Origin: a virus
Strand: one strand, 5' to 3'
Length of the DNA: 64,000 bases
IMG/VR virus record: IMGVR_UViG_3300035703_000038
Coordinates: 37,245-101,244 of that record
The first letter of the stretch is position 1, and each line of letters begins with the position of its first letter. Shown here in pieces: positions 8,523 to 17,618 of the stretch. Both the position numbers and the translations under genes were made by a program. The notes beneath the pieces are model-generated. The model did not search any database. It worked only from the letters and a program-made list of their open reading frames with translations, and was not told where the DNA came from.

Positions 8523-10943
8523 ATGGCAAATATAATCAAGATCAAAAGAAGTGCGGCAACGGATGCACCAACAAGTCTGAATGAAGGCGAGTTAGCATTT
8601 TCGTACTTATCAGGCAAGCTGTTTATTGGTAATAGCTCAGCTGTAATCCCAATTGGTGGTACACACAGCCCTGGTATCTTGACAGCTAACCAAGCGTTGG
8701 TAGCAAATGCCACAAGCGGCATTGATAAAGTAATTGTCGCTAACCTAGTACCGACATACTTATTTGCCAATGGTGCATCTGGTCAGGCTGGCCAGGTTCT
8801 TCTATCAAATTCAACTGGTGGTGTGTATTGGGGTGCCGCTGCTAGCGCACTCGATGACCTAACAGATGTCACGCTTTCTTCTGTCGCTAATAACGACTTA
8901 CTAATTTACGATGCTACTGCTGGCCAGTGGGAAAACCATACTGTCAGCGGTAACGGTGGCCAGGTTAATGTTGCATTTGCCAGCCAAGACATCACAGTAT
9001 CGTTGGCACCAGACGTAATTATTGATACAACTCTAACAGTTGGCAACTCTACCGTCAACTCCGTAGTTAACTCAACAGCTGTATCTACAAACACATTCAA
9101 TATTACTGGCGGTATTACAGTTGGCCAAAACGTGTCGATCAATACATCGACAATCTTTATTGGCAACTCAACTGTTAACACAACGATTCAAGCTGGCAAT
9201 ATTGCCCTACGTGGTACACAGATTTCGATTGGTCCAGATCTAGTTATTGATGGCAATACAATTATCGTTGGTAACTCAACTGTTAATACAGTTATCAATT
9301 CATCATCGATTAGTGTTGATGGTGAAGTAACATCCGGCAATACCAATATTACGGGCTTCATCAATGTTACATCAACAGCAAACATTGGTGGCGTAATTAC
9401 TGCAAGAGCTAATGTAACAGTTAATGGTGCATTGCTTGTTGCTAATACAGCTGATCTTGGTAACACGACTATTACCGGGTTTGCCAATGTTCATGGCAGC
9501 TTAAATGTCAATGGTAGTGTTGTAATTGGTGATGATGCATTGGTTGATCTTGTAGCATTCAATGCAACCGTAAACACAGACTTCGTATCAGCTGCAAACA
9601 ACCAGCACAAATTAGGTCTGGCTGATAAGAGATGGGGTGAAGTTAATACTGATAAGTTGCTAGCAACTAATGGTGCATTTGATACTACAGTAACAGTTGG
9701 TTCAAATGTTGTACTAACAACATCAACATTAACTGTTGGCAACTCAACTGTTAACTCAGTAGTCAACTCAACAGCAATTGATGTAATTACTGTCAATGCT
9801 GACACTGCAAGCCTTGGCAACACCACAATTACTGGCTTTGCTAATATTGTCGGCAATGCAATTATACATGGCAATGCTGAGCTAGGCAACAGCTTTGGCG
9901 TAGATGTTGTATCATTCAAGTCTACAGTTAATACAGAAATCTCTCCATCGGCTAATAACCAATATCAATTGGGTCGTGCAGATCTAAGATGGGGTGAAGT
10001 AAACGCTAACAATATCCTAGCAACAAATGTTGTATCAGATGGTACAATATCTGTTGGCTCAAATGTTGTATTGTCTACAGCAACATTGTCAATTGGTAAC
10101 TCCACTGTCAATACTGTTGTTAACTCAACAAGTGTTACAACTGGTTCCCTAGGCGTTGCCAACCTAACAGTAAGTGGCGATCTAACAGTACAAGGTAACA
10201 CTGCTCTAGGCAATGCTGTCACTGATGTTATTTCAATCAATGGTGTTGTCAACACTAACATCATTCCATCAGCTAACCTAACATATAGCTTAGGTAATAA
10301 CACTCTATATTGGGCTGAAGTTCACACTGGCAATGTCCATGCTGATTATGGCTACTTCCAGCATGATGTTGCAATCTACGGCGATTTGACAGTAACAGGC
10401 AATCTTGTTACAACAAACGTCCAATCGGTTGTTATTTCTGACCCATTAATCCAGCTAGCTGCCAATAACGATACATCAGATCTAGTTGACATTGGTTTTG
10501 TTGGTCACTATCACACCGGTGGTGCCAATCTCCATACAGGTTTGTTTAGAGATGCATCGGTTGATGAGTACTACCTATTTAAGGGGTTAACGCAAGATCT
10601 GTTTGGTGTATTGACAGTAAATGTTGCAGATCCAACATTTGCTCTAGCTGACTTAAATGCATGGTTGCTATCAGGTGCATTAGTATCCAATAGCACCACT
10701 GTAACAATCACAGCTAACTCAACTGTTAATGTCAACATCACTGCAAACAGCTTGTCACTATCAACAGCCCTAGATGTTCCATCTGGTGGTACTGGTGTTG
10801 GAACATTTACAACTCATGGCATCTTGTTTGGTAACACAACAGGTCCACTAGGCGTAACTGCAGCTGGTACAAATGGTCAAGTTCTTCAAGCAAACTCAAC
10901 TGGTGGTCCAGTATTTGCTGATCTTGATGGAGGCACTTTCTAA
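8523..10943 (+). CDS. Tail fibre protein with IKIKRS-type N-terminal anchor and internal ~119-aa repeats
   Basis: MANIIKIKRS..APTSLNEGELAFSY N-terminus, GNSTVN repeats, SGGTG motif and C-terminal LDGGTF. Confidence 0.75.
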   Translation: MANIIKIKRSAATDAPTSLNEGELAFSYLSGKLFIGNSSAVIPIGGTHSPGILTANQALVANATSGIDKVIVANLVPTYLFANGASGQAGQVLLSNSTGGVYWGAAASALDDLTDVTLSSVANNDLLIYDATAGQWENHTVSGNGGQVNVAFASQDITVSLAPDVIIDTTLTVGNSTVNSVVNSTAVSTNTFNITGGITVGQNVSINTSTIFIGNSTVNTTIQAGNIALRGTQISIGPDLVIDGNTIIVGNSTVNTVINSSSISVDGEVTSGNTNITGFINVTSTANIGGVITARANVTVNGALLVANTADLGNTTITGFANVHGSLNVNGSVVIGDDALVDLVAFNATVNTDFVSAANNQHKLGLADKRWGEVNTDKLLATNGAFDTTVTVGSNVVLTTSTLTVGNSTVNSVVNSTAIDVITVNADTASLGNTTITGFANIVGNAIIHGNAELGNSFGVDVVSFKSTVNTEISPSANNQYQLGRADLRWGEVNANNILATNVVSDGTISVGSNVVLSTATLSIGNSTVNTVVNSTSVTTGSLGVANLTVSGDLTVQGNTALGNAVTDVISINGVVNTNIIPSANLTYSLGNNTLYWAEVHTGNVHADYGYFQHDVAIYGDLTVTGNLVTTNVQSVVISDPLIQLAANNDTSDLVDIGFVGHYHTGGANLHTGLFRDASVDEYYLFKGLTQDLFGVLTVNVADPTFALADLNAWLLSGALVSNSTTVTITANSTVNVNITANSLSLSTALDVPSGGTGVGTFTTHGILFGNTTGPLGVTAAGTNGQVLQANSTGGPVFADLDGGTF

Positions 10944-10953
10944 GGAGTAGATA

Positions 10954-11172
10954 ATGGAAAATAATGAATTTAGTGAGAAATTGATTGCTGCTTATAGAGC
11001 TAACTGGCTGGAAACAATGGCCCAGCTAGTTGTTCTAAAGACACAACTAGATATAGTAACAGATAAACTAACTGCTAGTAGTAAGCTGGTAGAAGAATAT
11101 CAAAAGCAGATACAGATTGAAGCAGCAAAAGCTAGACCTGCTCAGCAGGCACCAAAACAAGAACAGAAATAA
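10954..11172 (+). CDS. Small coiled-coil hypothetical protein
   Basis: RBS AAGGAG, helical heptad character, followed by a terminator. Confidence 0.6.
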   Translation: MENNEFSEKLIAAYRANWLETMAQLVVLKTQLDIVTDKLTASSKLVEEYQKQIQIEAAKARPAQQAPKQEQK

Positions 11173-11190
11173 GCTTCAAATCTCAACTAG

Positions 11191-11223
11191 GGCTACGTAT
11201 AAATAGATACGTAGCCTTTTTTT
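11191..11223 (+). terminator. Rho-independent terminator
   Basis: Perfect 10-bp stem GGCTACGTAT/ATACGTAGCC, loop AAATAG, then T7. Confidence 0.85.
11198..11205 (+). promoter_or_regulatory. T4-type late promoter inside the terminator hairpin
   Basis: TATAAATA spans the stem end and loop, 31 nt upstream of the ATG at 11236. Confidence 0.75.
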
Positions 11224-11235
11224 ATAGGGTTTGAA

Positions 11236-14200
11236 ATGACCACCCCACAAGTACCTGGCAATCAGCTAAGCGCATCAGATATTTCAGATGAAATTAACCC
11301 TTCTGGTTATGTGCAGGGTGAACAGAGTATTGGGTCAAATGTAGTCATTAGAAAGCTTTCTGGTGACTTTGAAAAGTTTAGATCCAATACAGTTGAATTA
11401 TCATTTGGCGATCTATCCAACAAGACAGCATTCTCAGAAATTATCGCTACATCAACATCTAACACTCAGAGTGGTGTTAGTACCGTTGCTAATCCAGTTG
11501 CAGCAACTCTCACATTAACTGCTAACAGTGATATGGTTGAACCAGTTATTAACTGGTCATATGAGTTTTTACCTGGATCAACAGCTACTGCTGATGACAT
11601 CACAATTACAAGAAACATTGTATTTGCTCCTAATGGTAGACCATCTAGCAAGAGTGCTAATGTAAAGCTAACATCGCTGAGTGGAGATAAACACGCCAAT
11701 GTTAGAATCACAGCACAAATGGTTGTTCCAAACTATGATGCCCAAGGATTATTTGAAACTGGTAACCATATTGTCAATACATGCACCAAGGACGTTAAGT
11801 TAACTGTTGCTGCTGTCAATACAGCATTCCAAGTTACAGCAACGCCAAGCTTCACAGTTAACGCATCAGGTGTATCTGCACAGACAGCAACAATTACTGT
11901 TAAGGCGTCTGCAAATAGTTCTCTCAATCAATCGTTTGTATTCACTCCAACATTTGTTTCTGGTACAGGTGCATTGACACCTGTTATTGGACCTGACTCA
12001 ATTATATTCACAGCAACTGCACCTAGACCATTAACTAATTCAGCCATCTATAGTCTACTAACAGAATTTTATTCAGATGGTAAACTAGTTGCATCAAACA
12101 CATCAACAGTTGACTTGAGAGCACAGTTTATTGATAGACAGATCACCAGCTTCACCGCAGCTGCTACAACAAACAACCAATTCACAAATGCAGCTAGCCA
12201 GTATGCTACAATTGATGTCACAGCAGTACACAATGCTGTCGCACCTGGCTTCCCACAAGGTACAGTAACAGTCACAGTGGAGACTGTTGGTGATGCAGTT
12301 ACAACTCAAACAATTAGTTCAAACACATCTGCTAAGGTAGAGAGAATTTCTCTATTCCACGACTTTGCTACAGATGGCTTTGGATTTAAGAAAGCAGTTG
12401 TAAATGTTGTAGCCACTTTAAGATCACCAGACAACACAATTATGGACCAGAAGAGAATTACTGGTCTAGTACTAAGAGCTGGTGCATATGGCTTAGATGT
12501 CAAAGCACCAGCATCAAATACACAAAGTGGCTATGCAGCTCAGACTGCTGTCACATCTGGCTCAGCTACATGGAGAGCTACAGCAGCATCATTCAGATGG
12601 ACATCAAGACAGTTCAACGGTTCAGGTCCTATAACAGTAATTGATAATGCTCCTACATCAGCAACTATTAACATTACTGCTACAACGCCAACTGGTAAAA
12701 ATAGATCTCAGAGTATTTCAAATACATCCAACTATGATCTAACTGGTACATTAACATTTGATGGTGTGACAATAACAACAATTACACTAAGTGATATTCT
12801 TGTTAAGGCTGAATCCCTACCATACACATTCTCTGTTACACCAGCTGCTACTTCCAATGTACAAGTTGATGCAACAAATGCAACTACAGCATCACTACTA
12901 GTAACAGGCGCTGCTTCTATTGGTACTATTGCCTGGACAAAAAATAATGGCGATGTTGGTATTACAACAACATCTACCACAGCCAATGTGTTTGTTGTAT
13001 CATCAGCATCTGGTGGATCTAATAATCAAAATGTTATTGTGACAGGCACATTGTCTGATCCAGGTGCAAGAGTAGTTGAAGCTATTCCAACTGATGTTTT
13101 AAATATTGACGCAACAACAGCTGAATTGCAAATACTTGGTGCCAATGTTTCTATTAGTACAGATCAAAAGACAGCAACAGCCACTGGTATCTTTGAATCA
13201 ACAGCTGTTGTAGGAACACATTCATTAATATTTCCACCTACGAAACAATCTGGCGATGACTTAACATTATTAAAAGATACTGATCAAAAGATTACTATCC
13301 AAGCAACAGCAACACAGTCATCTAAGTCTGGTGTGTATAGAATTACAGGCCAGGTTATATATAGAGGGATTACAAGAACAACAACAAAGGATGTCAGCGT
13401 TGCAGTCAGTGCTCTTGCTCCATCACTAACTGCAACTAAGACGCAGTACAGTTATCTACAATACTCATCTATTTCCGGTGTCGACTTTACTGGCTTTGGA
13501 GGCCAGGTTATTGGTATTGGTGGCGAGACAGTACCTATTCAGATAACAGGAGAAGATGTTGTTGTTCAATCAGATTATCCTGGTACTATTAATGTTGATT
13601 ATGAGATTAGAAGAACAAACACAATAGTTGGTAAATTTGGTGAGGCTGAAACAACAACAGTCACTGGCCCATTCTATAATCAGGCTGCAAACACAAACCC
13701 TGCTCCAGCTGGATTTCCTGCATCTATTAACAAAAGAAGAGATAGATTTGAAATTGTACCATTTATTGGTTTATTGTTAGATTATGATGCTACGTACGAA
13801 TTATATGCACCAGCTGGTCCAAATGGTATATTCTTAAAAGATTTAAATGTAACAAGTAGGATTGGAGTACCAGCATCTGGTGCTGATGTAACATTGAAGT
13901 TTGATAATGTTACTGGTAAGACATTCACAGTTACAGATAAACCTCTTAATAATAATGGCTATAATGAACCTTATCCATTATCAGTAGAATATACTCAAAG
14001 AGCAGATTATACAGCAACATTTATAACGCAGCTAGCTCTAGATACACCAAGGTTTGTCTTTAGTACAGTTGCCACAGGTGGTATTAATGCACCTGTTGCA
14101 GCAGCTGGTGATATTACCGTTACATCTAATCCTGTTAATGGCCAGGCTAATGTTCTTGTAAAATCTATTTACTACGATCCAGGATCTAATTTTAACAATC

Positions 14201-15042
14201 CTCTTCCAACTATTACGGATTCAAGTGGTGGTGTTGGTTTACAAGCCCAGTTAACTGCATTAGATAATGGTACACTTAGATTTGTAAGTAAACCAGTAAC
14301 GCAGTCACGCAATTTTGAGCTTCCAATGCCACGTGGCCGATGCTATAGATTGGCAACATTCTCAGCTGGTGTTAGACAGTTTGATACTAGAGATGTATTT
14401 GGTAATGATAATGAAGTAATTGATTATGGACGTATACCTTCAAGTGGTTCACTAGATGGTCCTGAGACAAAGTGGATTGGTTTCCATGATGGTTCAAGAA
14501 TTTACGAACAGTCAAACAGACCACTATATGCAAATGATGCACAGAGAACAAGATACTATAGTAGTGCTGGCCATAGATCTGCTCACCATGCTCAGTTTCC
14601 AAAGGAAGCCAATTTTCCAAATCAGGTAATCCCAGCAAATTATTTCATGATCCTGTCATTCTCTGAAACTGGTACTCCATCAATTGGACAAATAACATTG
14701 CTTGGTTCAGATAATAACACATATGTGCTACCATCGCAGCCATGGGCATTTGGCAATCAAGATGATACAAGCAGAAGCAACTCTCAAAAGTTCCATTGGA
14801 TAATATATGCATGGTCGCCTCCTGCTGGCGTAACATTTAGCTATGCATTTGTTTCAAATATTGGTGGTTCTGAGCCACCTCCACCACCTCCAGTACTACC
14901 ACTAACATTTATTAAGGGTAACCCTGGATCTGCTTTATTAGCTGAAGATGTTAACGTGGACATTGGTACAGTATCTGGTGGATTTATTATTGAAGGTGAT
15001 TCGCAAGATGATCCAGATAGACTACGCGATTTGGTTTCGTAA
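11236..15042 (+). CDS. Large putative adhesin/fibre-tip protein with tandem Ig-like beta domains
   Basis: The N-terminus (QLSASDISDEI...IRKLSG...LSFGDLSNKT) resembles the ISLSD..FYGK anchor of phage adhesins. Thr/Ala/Val-rich ~100-aa beta units follow. Confidence 0.55.
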   Translation: MTTPQVPGNQLSASDISDEINPSGYVQGEQSIGSNVVIRKLSGDFEKFRSNTVELSFGDLSNKTAFSEIIATSTSNTQSGVSTVANPVAATLTLTANSDMVEPVINWSYEFLPGSTATADDITITRNIVFAPNGRPSSKSANVKLTSLSGDKHANVRITAQMVVPNYDAQGLFETGNHIVNTCTKDVKLTVAAVNTAFQVTATPSFTVNASGVSAQTATITVKASANSSLNQSFVFTPTFVSGTGALTPVIGPDSIIFTATAPRPLTNSAIYSLLTEFYSDGKLVASNTSTVDLRAQFIDRQITSFTAAATTNNQFTNAASQYATIDVTAVHNAVAPGFPQGTVTVTVETVGDAVTTQTISSNTSAKVERISLFHDFATDGFGFKKAVVNVVATLRSPDNTIMDQKRITGLVLRAGAYGLDVKAPASNTQSGYAAQTAVTSGSATWRATAASFRWTSRQFNGSGPITVIDNAPTSATINITATTPTGKNRSQSISNTSNYDLTGTLTFDGVTITTITLSDILVKAESLPYTFSVTPAATSNVQVDATNATTASLLVTGAASIGTIAWTKNNGDVGITTTSTTANVFVVSSASGGSNNQNVIVTGTLSDPGARVVEAIPTDVLNIDATTAELQILGANVSISTDQKTATATGIFESTAVVGTHSLIFPPTKQSGDDLTLLKDTDQKITIQATATQSSKSGVYRITGQVIYRGITRTTTKDVSVAVSALAPSLTATKTQYSYLQYSSISGVDFTGFGGQVIGIGGETVPIQITGEDVVVQSDYPGTINVDYEIRRTNTIVGKFGEAETTTVTGPFYNQAANTNPAPAGFPASINKRRDRFEIVPFIGLLLDYDATYELYAPAGPNGIFLKDLNVTSRIGVPASGADVTLKFDNVTGKTFTVTDKPLNNNGYNEPYPLSVEYTQRADYTATFITQLALDTPRFVFSTVATGGINAPVAAAGDITVTSNPVNGQANVLVKSIYYDPGSNFNNPLPTITDSSGGVGLQAQLTALDNGTLRFVSKPVTQSRNFELPMPRGRCYRLATFSAGVRQFDTRDVFGNDNEVIDYGRIPSSGSLDGPETKWIGFHDGSRIYEQSNRPLYANDAQRTRYYSSAGHRSAHHAQFPKEANFPNQVIPANYFMILSFSETGTPSIGQITLLGSDNNTYVLPSQPWAFGNQDDTSRSNSQKFHWIIYAWSPPAGVTFSYAFVSNIGGSEPPPPPPVLPLTFIKGNPGSALLAEDVNVDIGTVSGGFIIEGDSQDDPDRLRDLVS

Positions 15043-15053
15043 GGAGTAGGGTA

Positions 15054-17543
15054 ATGGGATATCAATGGAACGTAACAGGTAATCTACCAGATGGCTTAAA
15101 GCTGGTAACCGTCAATGGCGGTAGAAAAGGTTACCTTCAAGGTAAACCAACAAAGGTTGGTACGTTCAATTGGTCTATAACTGTTAGCGACGACTCTTCA
15201 CCAGATCCTCAGACAGCCACACAAAACTATTCAATGAGTATTTCATCTGCTTTGTACCTTGTTGGCTTTTTGGTTGATAGCTTTGGTCAGCTACCAAATG
15301 CAGTTAAGGGCGTAGCACTAAACACTGCATTCAATAGTAATAGATTGTCAGTACAAGAACTTGGCACTCACAATAGTGCATTTAGCGTGTCAGTTGTTAG
15401 AGGTACTGCACCTGCATGGATGACAATTACAGCTGGTGCCACAACTAACTATCAAGGTGATGGCGTTGGCCCAGCATTTAAATACTGTGCAGCTCCAATC
15501 ACGTTTAATGGAACACCAACTACTGTAGGATTGTTTTCATTCACTATTAGAGTTTCATCATCAACAACAGCGTTCCAGGATTTAGATGTCACGCTTGCTG
15601 TAGAGGAGCCAGGTACACAAGTAGAAAAGCTTGGCAATCTCTATATTCTCTCTGCTGAAAAGTCAGGCGTAAGTGAAGGTGAAACAATTAGAGTATATTT
15701 AAGAACAACCAACTTGACTGATGGTGCTACTGTTCCTTATAGAATACGTGGCATCAATGGTTTCACAGCACAAGACATTAATGTTGCTCTTGATGGAAAC
15801 TTCACAGTAACATCCACTGTATATAGAGAGCCAATATTTGTTACAATTGGTGGTATCCTGTCAGAACAAATTGTGGGATATAAAGAAACGGTATACTACG
15901 ATGGTTATATTGATATAACTGCTTCTGCTGATCTAACAACAGAAGGTGTTGAAACATTTAATATTGATTTACCTACAATCACTACACCTGAAATAGGTTG
16001 GGTAACAGTACTACCAATTCAGATTTATGATACATCATTATCACCTGTTGTTAAAACTTTAGTACCATCTGTAACAACTGTCCAGGAAGGTGGTTCATTT
16101 AATATTACACTAACCCACACTGGTGCATCACAAGGTACACAATTCTTCTATACAATTGAAGGCGTATCATCTACTGATCTATTTGGTGAACCTCTTGGTG
16201 GAGAGTTTGTAATTGGTTATGATAATGGCCAGTTAATTATTCCAACAGGCAGCCAGACAGCTGTAAAGACATTTAGAATCAAGCCAAATGGTATTGTTGA
16301 TAACAATAGACAATTCAGAATTAGAATACCAGGCCTTGGTTTAAGTACAGTTGTTAGCATTACTGATGCCAACCCAACATATAGTCTATCATCAACATCG
16401 GATGAGATTAAGGAAGGCCAAACGGTAACATTCACTCTATACACATCTACTGTGGCTGATGGTACAACAATTCCTTATTCTATAACAGGCGTATCATCAA
16501 CTGATGTTGGTGATTCTCTTGGCAACCCAATATCACTAAATGGATCGCTAACAATTAATAACAACTTAGCTGCCATAACAGTTAAGGCATTAGAGGATCT
16601 AACAACTGAAGCTGGCACTGAGACATTAACATTTAGCATCCCATCACTTGGCCTCATTAAGCAAGTTAATATTATTGATACATCAACAACACCTGATCCT
16701 ATTAATTATACAATGACGTTGTTGAAATCAAATGGCACTCCACTTGATGCATCTGACACATTAACAGAAGGTGACACATTCTTTGTACAGATTGACTCTT
16801 CTGTCAATGCTATTGGTTCTGGTGTAAGATATGCAATCACTGGTCTAACAGACGCAGTTCTTGATACAGCTAACCCAACACCTGGACAGGTCACAAGCCT
16901 GACAGGCACATGGCTAATGTATGAAAGAGAGTTCTTAGGGTTTGCATCATCTTGGTATATTGCTGTAGTTAAGACTAAGTCGGATGGTGGTGTTAATAAT
17001 CTAAGAACGGTTACTGTATCGCTACCAGATATTGGTAAGCAAGCATCATTTAAGTTGAAGAGTGTTGCTGCCCCTATACCTCCAGCACCTCCTCCTCCGC
17101 CTCCTCCTCCACCGCCACCTCCTCCTCCACCATCTGTGGATCCAGTTGAGTTGGTGATTGCGGCAACGCCAAAAGGATATGTTGGTGTCAACTATGGTAT
17201 TGCAGGTCAGCCAATCTACGTATCGTATACTGGTGGTACTGGTCCATTAACATGGTCCGTATCATCTGGTTCATTGCCAACAGGTATGACTGCCGCCACA
17301 GAAAATAATAACAATATTGGACACATTTATTATCTAAGTGGTGCTCCAACAACTGTAGGCACATACTCATTCCAGATTACTGGCACTGATACACTAAGCG
17401 TATCAGATACATTATCACTATCCATTGTTGTAGAAAATCCACCAGCAGATGGTGGTGGAGACAATCCTGGTGGCGGTGGTACAATTCCTGGTGGTGGCGA
17501 AAATACACTGGACCAGAATATTGATGACCTGTTTGATAGGTAG
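15054..17543 (+). CDS. Ig-like domain virion protein (putative Ig and Calx-beta-like repeats, Pro15 linker)
   Basis: GNLPDGL..LQGKPTKVGTFNWSITVSD and GSLPTGM..LSGAPTTVGTYSF repeats. EGETI..L.TT...DG.TVPY.I.G..D..TEG.E repeats. Confidence 0.7.
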   Translation: MGYQWNVTGNLPDGLKLVTVNGGRKGYLQGKPTKVGTFNWSITVSDDSSPDPQTATQNYSMSISSALYLVGFLVDSFGQLPNAVKGVALNTAFNSNRLSVQELGTHNSAFSVSVVRGTAPAWMTITAGATTNYQGDGVGPAFKYCAAPITFNGTPTTVGLFSFTIRVSSSTTAFQDLDVTLAVEEPGTQVEKLGNLYILSAEKSGVSEGETIRVYLRTTNLTDGATVPYRIRGINGFTAQDINVALDGNFTVTSTVYREPIFVTIGGILSEQIVGYKETVYYDGYIDITASADLTTEGVETFNIDLPTITTPEIGWVTVLPIQIYDTSLSPVVKTLVPSVTTVQEGGSFNITLTHTGASQGTQFFYTIEGVSSTDLFGEPLGGEFVIGYDNGQLIIPTGSQTAVKTFRIKPNGIVDNNRQFRIRIPGLGLSTVVSITDANPTYSLSSTSDEIKEGQTVTFTLYTSTVADGTTIPYSITGVSSTDVGDSLGNPISLNGSLTINNNLAAITVKALEDLTTEAGTETLTFSIPSLGLIKQVNIIDTSTTPDPINYTMTLLKSNGTPLDASDTLTEGDTFFVQIDSSVNAIGSGVRYAITGLTDAVLDTANPTPGQVTSLTGTWLMYEREFLGFASSWYIAVVKTKSDGGVNNLRTVTVSLPDIGKQASFKLKSVAAPIPPAPPPPPPPPPPPPPPPSVDPVELVIAATPKGYVGVNYGIAGQPIYVSYTGGTGPLTWSVSSGSLPTGMTAATENNNNIGHIYYLSGAPTTVGTYSFQITGTDTLSVSDTLSLSIVVENPPADGGGDNPGGGGTIPGGGENTLDQNIDDLFDR
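17088..17132 (+). repeat. Pro15-encoding CCN tract
   Basis: 15 consecutive CCN codons in frame. Confidence 0.95.
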
Positions 17544-17545
17544 AT

Positions 17546-17553
17546 TATAAATA
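17546..17553 (+). promoter_or_regulatory. T4-type late promoter
   Basis: Intergenic TATAAATA upstream of 17619. Confidence 0.8.
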
Positions 17554-17618
17554 ACTGAAAGGGGTCTATATAGACTCCATTATATCCCAGTACATACTGG
17601 TTACAATTTGAGGGCCAC

